Shown here: in pieces, positions 21,203-32,890 of the stretch
How positions within the stretch are numbered: position 1 is the stretch's first letter
How the letters are laid out: every line of letters starts with the position of its first letter
From: an uncultured Nitrososphaeraceae archaeon
GTDB taxonomy: Archaea; Thermoproteota; Nitrososphaeria; Nitrososphaerales; Nitrososphaeraceae
Length of the DNA: 64,000 bases
Reading direction: 5' to 3'
Assembly (NCBI GenBank): GCA_963765895.1
Contig: CAVXZB010000024.1
Span: 192,001 to 256,000, forward strand
Position numbers and translations under genes: made by a program
The notes under the pieces: model-generated
Databases searched by the model: none
Seen by the model: only the letters and a program-made list of their open reading frames with translations
What the model was told of the DNA's origin: nothing

Positions 21203-21630
21203 CACAGGTGCGTCTTGAGATGGTTGGACTCATTACTGTTGAAGAGAAAATCAGAGTAGTAAAGGAAACCTGGTCGACCGGAAGGCTTATTGATGAACTA
21301 TTCTTGGAGCTCGACAATGCAAAGGAAATAGATGAAAAAGGTGGCATATCCAAAAGGAAGTATAGTAACGATACTAATTCCATTACAAAGTATGGGGCAT
21401 TACATACCATTTTTAATCTATACAAATTGGATAGAATACCAAATCAAGGGATCGTTATTGTCTATCATGGTACGAGGCCAGCCAATGATCTGGGCTTTAT
21501 TCAGAAATATGAAACATATGATTACTCAGAAAATGAAGCTAAAAAAATTCATCAGCATAAATTCGATTCTGAGTTAATAAACCGACAAGTCGATTCTATT
21601 CTCGGTCAAAAACTGGGGTTTGCACATTGA
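21190..21630 (+). CDS. Hypothetical protein of the element
   Basis: Overlaps the start of the primase gene; no motif recognised. Confidence 0.55.
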   Translation: MCVIAQVRLEMVGLITVEEKIRVVKETWSTGRLIDELFLELDNAKEIDEKGGISKRKYSNDTNSITKYGALHTIFNLYKLDRIPNQGIVIVYHGTRPANDLGFIQKYETYDYSENEAKKIHQHKFDSELINRQVDSILGQKLGFAH

Positions 21631-23984
21631 GTATGGATAATGTGCTAGCTATGATTGCTAAGTATGGTCCGGATCCTGAATCCTCCTCTTTTGCTTCTCG
21701 TCACGATGCGATAGCATATCATAATATTTGGGCCGATTTTTGGCGTTACAATATAGGAGTCAACGTCATACCATCTGATACTAAAAATAAGAAACCAGTA
21801 GTTCCATGGTTTGGATGGCAAAGCAAAGCAATACCAGAGTCATTGCATCGCCAATGGAAAACAGAAGGCCTATTTTCAAATGGGATTGCTGTTATATTGG
21901 GGAAAGTCTGGCACAGACAAGATCTGGCTCATTATTACCTGGTTGGAGTGGACGCGGATAACAAGAAAGCTATTGACGAAATTTGTAATTATAATGGAGA
22001 GGAATTTGCTGCGAAAACCTTAGTTGAACAGCATAGAGATAATCCCGCTAAAGCTCATTTTTATTTTTATGCTACAAGACCGATTAAAGGTAAGAGTAGC
22101 GATAATGCTCTACTAGCCCACAGGCTTTCGACCAACGAAATACCTGCAATAGAGATCAAAAGCCTTGGCAGCCATGGGATTCTGTATTGCTCCGGCTCTT
22201 TTCATAAAGATGGATACAATTATGAAATTATAGGATCACGTAAACCAGCAATATTAAATGAATTACAAACCGCAGAGCTAGAAAACCACTTTAACAATAT
22301 TTTTAACAAATATATGATAAGTTATCTCTCCGTAGGTAGCGCAGATAATTCAGCAAGTGCAAAAACAAAGTTACCAATAGAAGAGCTTTTCAAGCCAGTC
22401 TATAAAGTGCTGGAGGGCCATAATCGACATGAGGCATTGTTACGGGTGATAGAATCACTTACTTCGCGACCGTAATATTTTCTCACTGGAGGAAATAAAA
22501 CAGTTATCGAAGAACTGGAACAACACTCATTGTATGCCGCCACTTGATGATAGAGAGTTGGAAGGACAATGGAAATGTGCCCTAGAATTTATTGCGCCAA
22601 AACAAAGGCAATCATCATGGCAAAACGATATTGGGTCCCAAGATCACAATCAAAGCATTACTGCTGAAGAAAGACAACAGGAACAAAATTCGCATCCAGT
22701 TAGTGAACTAGCCGAGAAAATAATGTCTCGGTATATCTTTAAAACACTAGCAGACACTGAAGAGATGCTGTATTACAGAGACGGAATTTATCATTCAGGT
22801 GGAGAACAAATAATCAAGACAGAGCTGGAAAAAATTGCCGGTTATTCGATTAAAATTAATCAGCGAAATGAGATTATAGCTCATATAAAGTACCGGACAA
22901 TTGTAAACAGGGAAGAATTTGACAAGAATGAGTCAGTTATTAATGTGAAAAATGGTTTATTAGATATAACGACTGGAGAAATTAGGCCACACAAGCATGA
23001 TTATTTGTCGATCATCCAGTCGCCAGTGACGTACGATCCTCGCGCTACCTGTCCCCGAGTAATCAAGTTCCTAACTGGAGTAAAACAAGAGATGGGATTT
23101 CAACTCTTGTAAGATTATTTGGGTATTGTCTATACAGGAGCCCGCGTTACGAGAAAGCAATTATGTTAGTTGGTCCAGGCAGAAATGGCAAAAGCGTTCT
23201 CATCAAACTAATTGAAGCTTTAGTAGGAAAGCATAATGTAAGTCATGCAAGCCTACAGGAATTGTTAGGAGATAGGTTCGCAAGTGCAGATCTCAATTGT
23301 AAACTTGTTAACGTTTTCGCTGACCTTGAAGCGGATAAACTAGTAAATACTGGTAGGTTCAAAGCCCTTGTTTCTGGTGATAGTATCCGGGCACAACGGA
23401 AACACCAGCAAGTCTTTAGTTTTAGAAACTATGCCAAACTGATTTTTAGTACGAATAAGATACCTGAATCTATGGATAACAGTTATGCCTATTATCGTAG
23501 ATGGGTGATACTGCCTTTCGATAGAATTTTTGAAGGTGAAGAAGAAGATACGGATTTGATAAGTAAACTAACCACCGAAGAAGAATTGTCAGGTCTTCTG
23601 AACCTGGCACAAAGGGGCTTGACTAAACTCATTAAGGAAGGTGGTTTCAAAGAGACACCGGTAGAAAAAATAAAGCAACAGTATGAGCATAATGCCAGTA
23701 TAGTAAAGCAGTTTATTGAGGAGCAATGCGTTATTGATCTAAATAAACCGGACATCTGCATTATGGCAACCACTTTGCGGGATTCATTTCAAGAATTTTG
23801 TCGGACAAGGCATACTAAAGTGTTAGAAGAAAACATATTAGGAAAAGAGTTGGCACAACAAGGCATACTAAAGGATCGTATAATGAAGAACAAGAAACGG
23901 GAATATTACTATGTAGGAATCACAACAAAACAGGCATTAAGAGGTGAAAATGAGACGTTGATCTCTACCTCTACTACCTTCTAG
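21627..23984 (+). CDS. Primase-polymerase + PriCT + D5_N + SF3 helicase fusion (P4/D5-like), split by two frameshifts (~22465, ~23100)
   Basis: Prim-Pol motifs NVIP..KKP, GIAVILG, VDAD, AHFYF, IEIK; PriCT EGHNRH...CMPPLDDRE; D5_N INVKNGLLDI; SF3 GPGRNGKS, FKALVSGD, KLIFSTN, YRRW. Confidence 0.9.
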
Positions 23985-24069
23985 TGTAATATTTTGGGCT
24001 CATAATAGGACTTTAGATATTCTCTCCTGATCGCATTTCAAGCAGAGCCATTTTTCGTCAGTTGTAGGA

Positions 24070-24200
24070 TATTGCCCTAGTTGCCTTAGATGCTGTTAAC
24101 TTATTGTCAATTCAATAGAATGTACTATGACAAGATACTATTACAATTAAGAAGAAAGTAAGAGAATAAGTTGCAACTTACTAGGGGAGCCAGGGCAATA
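24070..24200. other. Candidate replication origin: inverted 20-bp arms around an AT-rich spacer
   Basis: TATTGCCCTAGTTGCCTTAG (24070-24089) matches the reverse complement of 24181-24200 (TATTGCCCTGGCTCCCCTAG) at 16/20; lies 85 bp after the helicase stop. Confidence 0.5.
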
Positions 24201-24432
24201 ACGCCATACTCCACAAATGCAAAAGCCATGCATGAATTCACAAGGCGAATTAGGAGGAACACGATCTATTGTGTTAACCAACGACGGCGCGTTCAACCTA
24301 TCTAATGTATAGAAAATCAACTCTGACGGATTAATTTACATATAATTTTCTTATGATAACACTTATATCGCTTAGCGATATTAGGAGAAAACTTGACGGT
24401 CAAGGTTAACTGTATAATCAACTACTTTTATG

Positions 24433-24646
24433 ATGATTCAGCAATATCATAACCCCACTTCCCAAACATGATTTAGACCGTAGTCCATGTTATCCAATAA
24501 TATCTCTAAAACAAGGAGGATATTATTGTAAATTACATCCTGAAATAAAGAATGTAGATTTGGATTCGATAGAGCATCATATCCAATACAAACGTCCTGT
24601 GGCGCGTAAATCAGATTTATTAAAAATGCCCCGAAATTACTTATAA
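24433..24646 (+). pseudogene. Small Cys/His (Zn-finger-like) protein remnant, copy 1
   Basis: SPCYPII...YYCKLHPEIKNVDLDSIEHHIQYK; paralog at 35470-35686. Confidence 0.6.
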
Positions 24647-24734
24647 ATGGATTATTCTATAAATAGGTAACATTGTCAGAACTTGAAGTAAACTTATTTA
24701 GTCACGAACAAAATTGTCGACTCTACAATTTGAT

Positions 24735-24835
24735 GATATCTATAGATAGTAGCAATTAGTGAATGTAAAAATAAAGCATTTAGTTCATATGGCAAGTTCT
24801 AACATGCCCGACAATATTTGATTAAAGTCAGGTTA
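24735..24835 (+). repeat. Island non-coding repeat, copy A
   Basis: GATATCTATAGATAGTAGCAATTAGT, then hairpin ATTTGAT-TAAA-GTCAGGT at 24816-24833. Confidence 0.75.
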
Positions 24836-25554
24836 GTTATATAGGATAACTGTTATAAGATGGTTCGTAGCTTGACACCTTAAGAATATTTCCGAAATTG
24901 AAGCGTGCTAAGTTTAGACGAACTGTTCAGTGTACATAGACATTGATCAGAATGGTTCGTTAGTAGATAAGCCATGGGTGCATGCTATGTCCTCTCTGCC
25001 TTTCATCAGATTATGTTGGAATCTTACTATCAGATAATTTTATTTTAATCTCTTGTCCTGTACTGGGTTTTAGAGTCGTTTGATTGTTATTATGACTACT
25101 GTATCTCTTCTTCGATTTTCTTCGTCCAATATCATTGCATATATTGCTGCATTGCTTCTACCTCTGCCAAATTCTCTTCTACAATTCGCATGTTGAACTT
25201 TTCCTGGTCTACAGACTTTTGCTTCTTCTGAATTGCTTTGTATATCATATCTTTAACCTCCTTTACCGTTAGTTCCTTCTCTTTAGTTTTGGGCAATTGT
25301 TACGTCCTGTAGATAGGTAGTGATTTCTATAGACTGAAGAACTGCAAGTAGAGGGAGTGTCCTTATCATGACAACATTTCCAGTAGAGCAGTCTAAAAAA
25401 GTGTATTGGAAGTTTATGAACGGCTAACCTGCATTAATATTACATGTCAGAAACTGCCCTGCTCCCTATGGTACCAGTTGCTTGTAGTGAGCCAGGGTGG
25501 CTCTAACATCTTGGCGTGAATTCGTATAGATATATGTAGTAGCAGGACTTATTT

Positions 25555-26223
25555 TTACCAACCTTCCTTTAACTTGTTGGCGATCAAGTTTGGCCTTGCT
25601 TGGTGTTTCTAGCCCAAGTGACCCCGTCTTGACTTCTCCTGAGCGCTCGTAATTGGCGATTATAACTCCGCTTGGTGAAATCCCGCTTTCAAGAAAGTTT
25701 GAACCCAGCTGAATCTAAACCTTCTGCAAACAAGCGCTTGCCAGTGCCAAGAGTAATAGGAAATATTTTTAGCCAAAGCTCCTGACCAAATCATACTTTA
25801 AGAGTGTCTGAACAAGATTGCTGGTTGCCATGAACTTGTATTTCTGGCCCATCCTGCTCCTTTATCCTTTTAATTCCCTCTGGAACATCACCATTTATCA
25901 GTTCTGAATTATTCCAATCCAGTTTTGTCAGGGTCTTTGAAGCTACGTATTTCTTGGCATTATTGAGTTTGGCCGGCGAATGGGTTTTGATTTGCGTTCA
26001 CGTATGGCCAGTATGCTCCGGAATATTTCTGTACGTTTTTCTGCCAAGCAACAAATCGAAAGGTTTACTCGTCTGCTTGATCACCACATTAAGAAGAAAG
26101 TCGTCAGAGTATCCAGCTACCCAGCCTTCGTGTTCAAACCCTCCAGTAGGATTCTTCAGGCCCACCTGGAGCCTGCATCACGTTGTCAAGGGATATGAAA
26201 GACAGGACAATTGTCTTTCTCAT
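25555..26223 (-). pseudogene. Dihydrofolate reductase/RibD C-terminal family protein, frameshifted
   Basis: MRKTIVLSFISLDNVMQAPGGPEE, LLLGRKTY, KKYVASKTL, IQVHG, FPITLGTGKRLF spread across frames. Confidence 0.85.
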
Positions 26224-27126
26224 TTATTTCCCCTCTCCTAAAATTTCCCTCGCTATATATCTGATAATCTTTTTAAGTTCATATGTGATTGGCTTATCCA
26301 AAGGAAATCGGACAGGCCCTTTTTCTTATATATGGTGCCAGTTCTTTTTTGACCGGTTCAATGCCATGGTGGTTTTGAATTTTCCTCCGACGCACATATC
26401 ATTTTCGGTAGCCAACGCTTCCCAGTTCGAAGCAAACGCCAGCCGATGATAGACATTCCAAATGACATTAACCGGATCATAAGAAAGCAAGACATTATTA
26501 TTAATATAGCTGCACGCGCTTAAGGTCTGCAAATATAGTAAGATATTCAGACCATTATCTTCAAGAACAGCAGCAACATCTGCATTATTGATGCGATCGT
26601 TTACAAGGAGATAATTTTTCTTTCACCCCCTTCACAGAAAGAAATTTTCCCCCTAGTAGTCAGAAAGTAAATGAAGTAGAGCATAACCTAAGCTTTATCC
26701 TATCACACCAGAATTCGGCAGTTTCCGATAACTCATTGATCCACACAGAACCGAAGGTCCTCTAACCTTCAGACACTATAACCTTACCAACAGATATCTA
26801 TTGGTATGGGAATTACATTGTCCCACACTATCAAACACTGTTCCACATTATAGTTACAGGTCTTGACGACGAAATGGCACTTCGTTTCTAATCAACTGCA
26901 ATTAGAATCTTCTTCTATAAATATTAAGCAGAATGTTCAATAACATCTATCACTACAATTGTGACATGTGGAGTAAGGCCAAATCAATTATCGTAATGCC
27001 AACAGTCATGATGGCAATAGTGCTAAATTCTGTGATTGTAGAGTTAAGAAATTCTGGATATAAGGTCGTAACGGGTTTCGTGGAGGAATCAAAGAAGGGT
27101 TTACCACCAAGGGCTGAAAGTAAATA

Positions 27127-27958
27127 ATGAATAAATTTATTATTTTATTTTTGATTGTTGGCTTGGCAGCTTGTATGGTTTCGGTGGGTGGTTTTAGTGT
27201 GAGTCTGGTCGAGGCTAAGGATTCAGATAGTGGCGGCGACGATAGTAGTGATTCAGGAACCAGTGATAATGGTGACAATGGCGGTAGCGACAGCGGTTCA
27301 AGCGATAATGGTGACAATGGCGGTAGCGACAGCGGAAGTAACGATAATAGTGATTCAGGTGGCAGTAGCACTAGCGGTGTAGATGATAGCGATAATGCTG
27401 TCACTGGTGATAATAGTGCTCCTACCGATGATACACCAGCCCCAACACAAGACGACACCCAAACGGCAAACAGTGACACGGCACAAGTTACGCCAATAGC
27501 ACCGGCAACGACAACGACAACAACGCCAACAGTGCCTCAAGAAGACGCTGCTAAACTTCCAGATTGCCATGGCAAGTCTAAAGACTGTGTGACAATGCGG
27601 CGATGTCTGTCTAAAAGGCTCACGTGCGCATGAATGCGAATGCGATGGTAAACATGACCCTAATTGTCAAAAGCACAGTCCTATATGTGATAGTATCCGG
27701 GGCTGTGAAGGTTTAGGAAACTTTTGCCATTCCCATAAGGATGCAGGTGTATGTAAGCCATTTAACCCGTCACACCCTGACCATGGTACTAAGGTCATAG
27801 TCATACACAAAACCAAGACAATTCATAAGAAAGACTTTACTAGTATACCAACCGTGTTCGTTCCAAATGTCGGTCTAGTTCAACCGTTGAATTGTAAATT
27901 AAATCAAGATAATGGAAAAATCGGATGCGAGTTCGTCGTAATAAAGGTGATTAACTAA
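27127..27958 (+). CDS. Secreted Ser/Asp/Gly-rich protein with Cys-rich C-terminus, frameshifted near 27600
   Basis: Signal peptide; SDNGDNGGSDSGS repeats; Thr/Pro linker; C-terminus ...PLNCKLNQDNGKIGCEFVVIKVIN*. Confidence 0.65.
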
Positions 27959-29654
27959 CCACATCTTTACTTTGCGAATTGACAACTCTTTTGTCTAAGG
28001 TCAGATTTACCTTAAATACTGTCTTCCAACATCAATATCCGAAGGAGCCGTTTCAACGAATTTTCTGGCAAACTCTTTGCTATTCCACTCTTCAAATGGA
28101 TCAAGATACAACTTTCTTAATTGACTTAACGTGAGACAGAAAATCTGATTGAATGACTTGACCTCGACTTTTGTTTTTGGGTATATACAATCCAAGTCTA
28201 GAAATGATTCTCTCATCTTATAACAGATATGATATTGCGTGATGAGAGTATTAAAGAAGTAGTTTGTAATTAGTTAGCGCCATCTATCTTTCATCATTCT
28301 GGCTATGGTCGTTACTGATGGGTATTACTGTTCACACCTAGTAGTAATAAAATAGTCTTTGACACCAGCAACAAGTCGAAGTATATAAAACCTAGTACCA
28401 ATCATATTTGCATAGATAAAAAGATATGTTGTGTTTGGATATTTCTCCAATAATAGAAACCCGCTTCAGGGCGGTAATGGGCCGGCATCTAGGAAATAGA
28501 CGTGGTAACTTAACATTAGCGACGGAACAAGCAATTTGGTTATGGGGAGTATTGTGAGCAATACCAGGTATAGTTCCATAAACACTCGATGGTAGAGAGC
28601 ACAGATGGATCTTTTGGGCATAGGATTCTTTCTAATACTGCTTTCCCTTGAGGTGTGATGGCGCGATGGTCTGGTGTAACTAAAGTCTCGCAAGGTTGTG
28701 ATATATAAGAACGAACGAGGGAGTTATTGCATATACCCCACCAATCTATGCCTTCATAATAGACTCCAGAAGGTTCTTTAGTGAATGAATCTGGTTTGGA
28801 TCAGGTTGTTGCATTGAAACTTCGGCTATGGACATTGACTTGTTCGCCTGATCAATAGAAGTTTAGTTTACATCATATCCATCATCTGGCGTCATGCCAT
28901 AACACTGTGCCTCAGTTAAATACTGTGGGCAAATCGTATAACCTTCGTCATCTTCCGCCTCTGATCGGTCTACACCAAAAAATGGTATTCTTATTTGCTC
29001 TATAGTAGGCCCTTGATTGTTTGTCGATCCAAAGTTATCACAAAGTGTAACGTTTGGATAGATCAGGCGTTGAATACAGGAATGGAATGATGCATTGACT
29101 AAATTTAACATAAGAGAGCATTAACGTGTTGAAACCTCGCATACCCAAAACTTGAAGTGCCAAAGCTGAATAACTGAATATTAATAGATCGTCACCACAG
29201 CCTATGGAAGCAGATGCAGAATTGAACGAAGTCCATCAAGTCCACTTGATTCGTTCATTTTAATAATACCATCACATCCAGTGGGCCCCGCGAGCAGACC
29301 TAATCCTCTGATAATCCACCCTATCTGTAGCGCACGAACAAGGTCAAGTTAATTTATGAATGACAACGGCAACTTATTTAACGTTTTTTTATCCTTAGGA
29401 ACACAAGGGAGCGCTGGTACCCCGTCGCTACTACACATATGAACATGGACTCAACTCCAATGGTATCGTCCGTAGTAGCCAGTTGAACGAAGTCGATAGG
29501 GTACCACACCCCGCCACTATATCTTTAAGTCATCAGTTAGTCATGACAGTCAGATTGGAGTGGCATATTAGAAATACGCAATCGAGTATATAGTATTGCT
29601 AATTGTTAGTTCTAGGTTAATTTTCTATATGTCGGATATGGTAGAATCAAATAG

Positions 29655-29745
29655 ATATCAAAAATATCTAGTCCTACGTGTAGATTGACGTCCCTCGATG
29701 ATAAAATTTATGTATGCTGTCTGTGAATAGGCGCGCCAAATAATT
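29655..29745 (+). repeat. Island non-coding repeat, copy C (3' part only)
   Basis: TATCAAAAAT..GTCCTACGTGTAGATTGACGTCCC..GATAAAATTTATGTATGCTGT matches ~35918-35985. Confidence 0.75.
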
Positions 29746-30033
29746 CGTAATGAGCCTGAACCACAACACTATAAAACCAAACAAGTCCTTTCGATTTCAG
29801 GTTAGTCGTGCTCTGAGGCCATAGCGGGTAATGTAGGATTTGGTGCATCGTATCCATCATGAAATCGTTTGTCATATTCTCCGAACATATTCTTTGGAGC
29901 CATTCTTGGCAAGTCTTGCCCATGTACGAATATGTTTTTGTTATTATAAAACAATTTTGTAGAATATTAGAACATTTAATATGACTTTATCAATGTGGAG
30001 AATTCTTTATGAGGTTAGACTTTTGTTAACATG

Positions 30034-30101
30034 GGTAGGCGCAAAACCTTGGGCCTTTTGCTGAAATGCAGAGGCTAAGCAAGGTTCATGTGCAGTTTGC
30101 T
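30034..30101 (+). ncRNA. Conserved structured 5' leader/ncRNA, copy 1
   Basis: Nested stems GCGCA/TGTGC, AACCTT/AAGGTT, GCCTTT(T)GC/GCAGAGGC; BRE-TATA-like GGAGAA-TTCTTTATG ~30 nt upstream; homolog at 41506-41571. Confidence 0.6.
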
Positions 30102-30132
30102 ATTGATGGATGATTTCAATGGTGAGTTATAA

Positions 30133-30294
30133 GTGACTGATAAAGAAAATGAGAAAATCATGCCTCCATTAAAGATAATGAAAAAGAATGAGGTAATGAA
30201 TGATTTGCTTAAACTACTTGATCTGGTTCAGAAACATGCTGATAAAGAAGGGTGTGAACATTGTCTTGACATACTGGAATCTGTCTTTACGTAG
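30133..30294 (+). CDS. 53-aa CxxC protein, copy 1
   Basis: GTG start after GGTGA; MTDKENEKIMPPLKIMKKNEVMNDLLKLLDLVQKHADKEGCEHCLDILESVFT; 40/53 identical to copy 2. Confidence 0.8.
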   Translation: MTDKENEKIMPPLKIMKKNEVMNDLLKLLDLVQKHADKEGCEHCLDILESVFT

Positions 30295-30607
30295 TGAAAA
30301 AGCTCAGTAGATAAAACGCCCCAATTCTTAGATTTTATAGGTAGTCGTGCCTAAGCCTGACACGCACTCAAACCATCGATTCAACTACGATACGATAGAA
30401 TCCATCTTTGAAATATTCAGTATGTTTCTATGCATGTACGCTTGCGTTGCCTGCCCGGCTATCCTAACTCTAATACTAATGCCAATATTGTTGCCATCAG
30501 GACTATTGCCATTACGATAATTGTTCTGGTCTTAATCTATTATATGCATAATAGATGCATAATATTGAATATTCTACTCATTCATTCTAAATGAAGGCGC
30601 TAATAAT

Positions 30608-30647
30608 GATATCTATAGTTAGTATCAGCTACTTAGATGCGAATCAA
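30608..30647 (+). repeat. Island non-coding repeat, copy D (5' part only)
   Basis: GATATCTATAGTTAGTATCAGCTA..GATGCGAATCAA matches copy E. Confidence 0.7.
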
Positions 30648-31149
30648 TATACCACAGTACAGTCTGGTTTAGCATCTCTGGTAGTCAGGTATAAAAGATA
30701 ACAATAGCATGAAAATATCAATAACCTATTGAAGTAGTGGAATGCTGTAACGTTCATTAGGGTTCTATGAGCTCATCACGGACGTTGCCTGTAAAACTCT
30801 ATTGTAAGTTCTCTTACTCTAGATTATGGCTTCTGTTTCAAGACCTCTTCTATGACCGGTTCTAGATATTCACTACTGGTAGCAAATTGACAAACAGAAA
30901 ACTAAGCGATGATAAGTTGCAAAAGGTCATTGATTTGTATAAGCAAGGTAACCTATAAGGCAGATATTTAACGAGACTGGTATTGCTCGTACTACAATAT
31001 TGAGACAAATCCACCTTCATAGTTAGTTTAGTCTATTGGAATAATTCAATGTGGATTGTCGAGCCACTTGACCTCCCATTTTCACAAGGTCATATGAGAC
31101 GATAGCAGGTTTTTATAGACAGGTAGTCTGGAATTTCTTAGTGTATCCT

Positions 31150-31395
31150 CTAGACATTACAAGCACTATTTACACCTGTCACACAAATCCCCATTTGTGT
31201 ACCGCCAGTCGGCCTACCACCCATATCGTCATTAGATGTATGTGCATTTATCATTATTGTCGGTACAGATAATGAAAGTAGGCTTATTCCAATGACTAAA
31301 ACTAAAAACACAAACATGGCATTCAATGATAAAATCGTAGCAAAAACTGCAATTGCACACTTTGGTTTTGTATATTCGTTTTTATTCGTTTTCAT
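31150..31395 (-). CDS. Small membrane/secreted peptide
   Basis: Hydrophobic N-terminal half; tail GICVTGVNSAC. Confidence 0.45.
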   Translation of the reverse strand: MKTNKNEYTKPKCAIAVFATILSLNAMFVFLVLVIGISLLSLSVPTIMINAHTSNDDMGGRPTGGTQMGICVTGVNSACNV

Positions 31396-31629
31396 TCCTA
31401 ATTCTTGCTCTCATAAATGCATTTCAGCATAAGAATACTTAAGTAGTATGAGTTTTTTGCAACTAAATATTGATTTTTTATGTATATTTAGGTAATTTAA
31501 CATAATAGTTACAAGGTAAGCAAGTAATTGCGTCGCAACTAAATTATATATAAAATAATACATAATAAATTGGTTTGAAGTTATTTATTTAACCATGCTA
31601 TACCAAATTTGATGTGCTATAACTAACTT

Positions 31630-32184
31630 AATAGAAGAAAAAGAGATAAACCATCATCATCAGCATCAAAGTAAAAGTATCACCTTTAATTAGACAATAT
31701 TATTTTAGATAAACTGCATCGTGAAGCAGAACAAAAGGATACCAGTGTCAATACATTAGTAAGTCATATAATGAGAATGCACGTTGATTGGTATTCTAAT
31801 GCAGCAAAAGCTGGATTTGTAAGTGTAAGGAGAGGATTGCTAAGTAACCTCATAAATAGACTTCCAGAGAAAGAGATATCTTCCATTGCAGAAAATATAG
31901 CAAAGAATGAAACCAAAGACTTTGTATCCTTCTAAGAAATGAATACAATATTGAATCGAGCTTTAGATGTGATTGAAACTTGGATCAAAATTTCAGGTCA
32001 TCCATATAGACACGAAGTCAGCTACAATCTACACTCATATGTTATACAACATGATATGGGAAGAAATTGGTCTCTTTATATGGCAGAACAATATCGGTTT
32101 TTGTTTGAAGCATTTGAATTGAAAAAAGTAGATTTTGATATAAACTACAATACATTAGATTTTGTTGTTGATACTGAAAGATGA
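31630..32184 (+). pseudogene. RHH-led protein of an expanded Nitrososphaerales family, frameshifted
   Basis: SITF.LDNIILDKLHREAEQKDTSVNTLVSHI (RHH-like)...DW..AAKAGF...VIQHDMGRNWSLY. Confidence 0.65.
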
Positions 32185-32285
32185 CATACGAATTCAATAG
32201 CATATATTTCATAAGACTTGTTTCGTAGCGGAACCTGACTGTAACTTCTCTCATAGCCAATCAAAGTGAATCCTATTGAGGGTAT

Positions 32286-32409
32286 GATGTCATAAAGGTC
32301 AGATATTGTCAGATGGGTCATTGGGCTGTAATGCAGTATCAGTTCAATGCGATTCGAGATCACATGTTGGGGAATGTCAGATAGGTCAGATATTGTCAGA
32401 TGGGTCTTA
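32286..32409. repeat. Iteron-like GTCAGAT cluster containing a 24-bp direct repeat
   Basis: AGGTCAGATATTGTCAGATGGGTC at 32296-32319 and 32383-32406. Confidence 0.8.
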
Positions 32410-32567
32410 TTTCTTGTTCGATATCAAGATTAAATATGTCAAAACTGTATTTGACAGTGAGCCCGAAGTTTTATCATTACTTGTAGGTTGACAAGATTGA
32501 AACATCAATGGACTTGATTAATGAAGTTAAATTCTAGACTAGGAATTCAGAGTTGACCTTGCAAATT

Positions 32568-32655
32568 GATATCTATAGATAGTAGCAGCTAATCGATGCG
32601 AATCAACAGACTAATTCCGTTAATATGCAATACGTTTAACACATAGGACAACATT
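32568..32655 (+). repeat. Island non-coding repeat, copy E
   Basis: GATATCTATAGATAGTAGCAGCTA...GTTAATATGCAATACGTTTAACACATAGGACAAC matches copy F. Confidence 0.8.
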
Positions 32656-32890
32656 ACATAGCATACACAAAAAGTTATACACTATGCTAAGAATATTTGA
32701 AGAAGAGACTGAAACTAACTAATGACCAAACAGGAAGTTAAAGACATGAATGGTTGGAATAGAATCAGAAGAGAAGTTCTTGTTGCTCATACAGTTGCAG
32801 ATGAATTCTAGTTTAAGATCTTGACTTATATTCTTGAATCATCAATTTTTGAACCAATTATATGCTTTATTGTTCCTGTTCCAATAATTT

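Noticed and set aside
22440-23160. Programmed frameshifting in the primase-helicase
   Set aside because: No clear slippery heptamer with a stimulatory structure, and similar indels affect many unrelated genes.
27951-27961. Third att copy (TAACTAACCA)
   Set aside because: Left arm only, overlapping a stop codon; spacer and right arm are absent.
32296-32406. Possible mini-CRISPR (two 24-bp repeats)
   Set aside because: Only two copies, a 63-bp gap and internal 9-10-bp periodicity; better explained as iteron-like.
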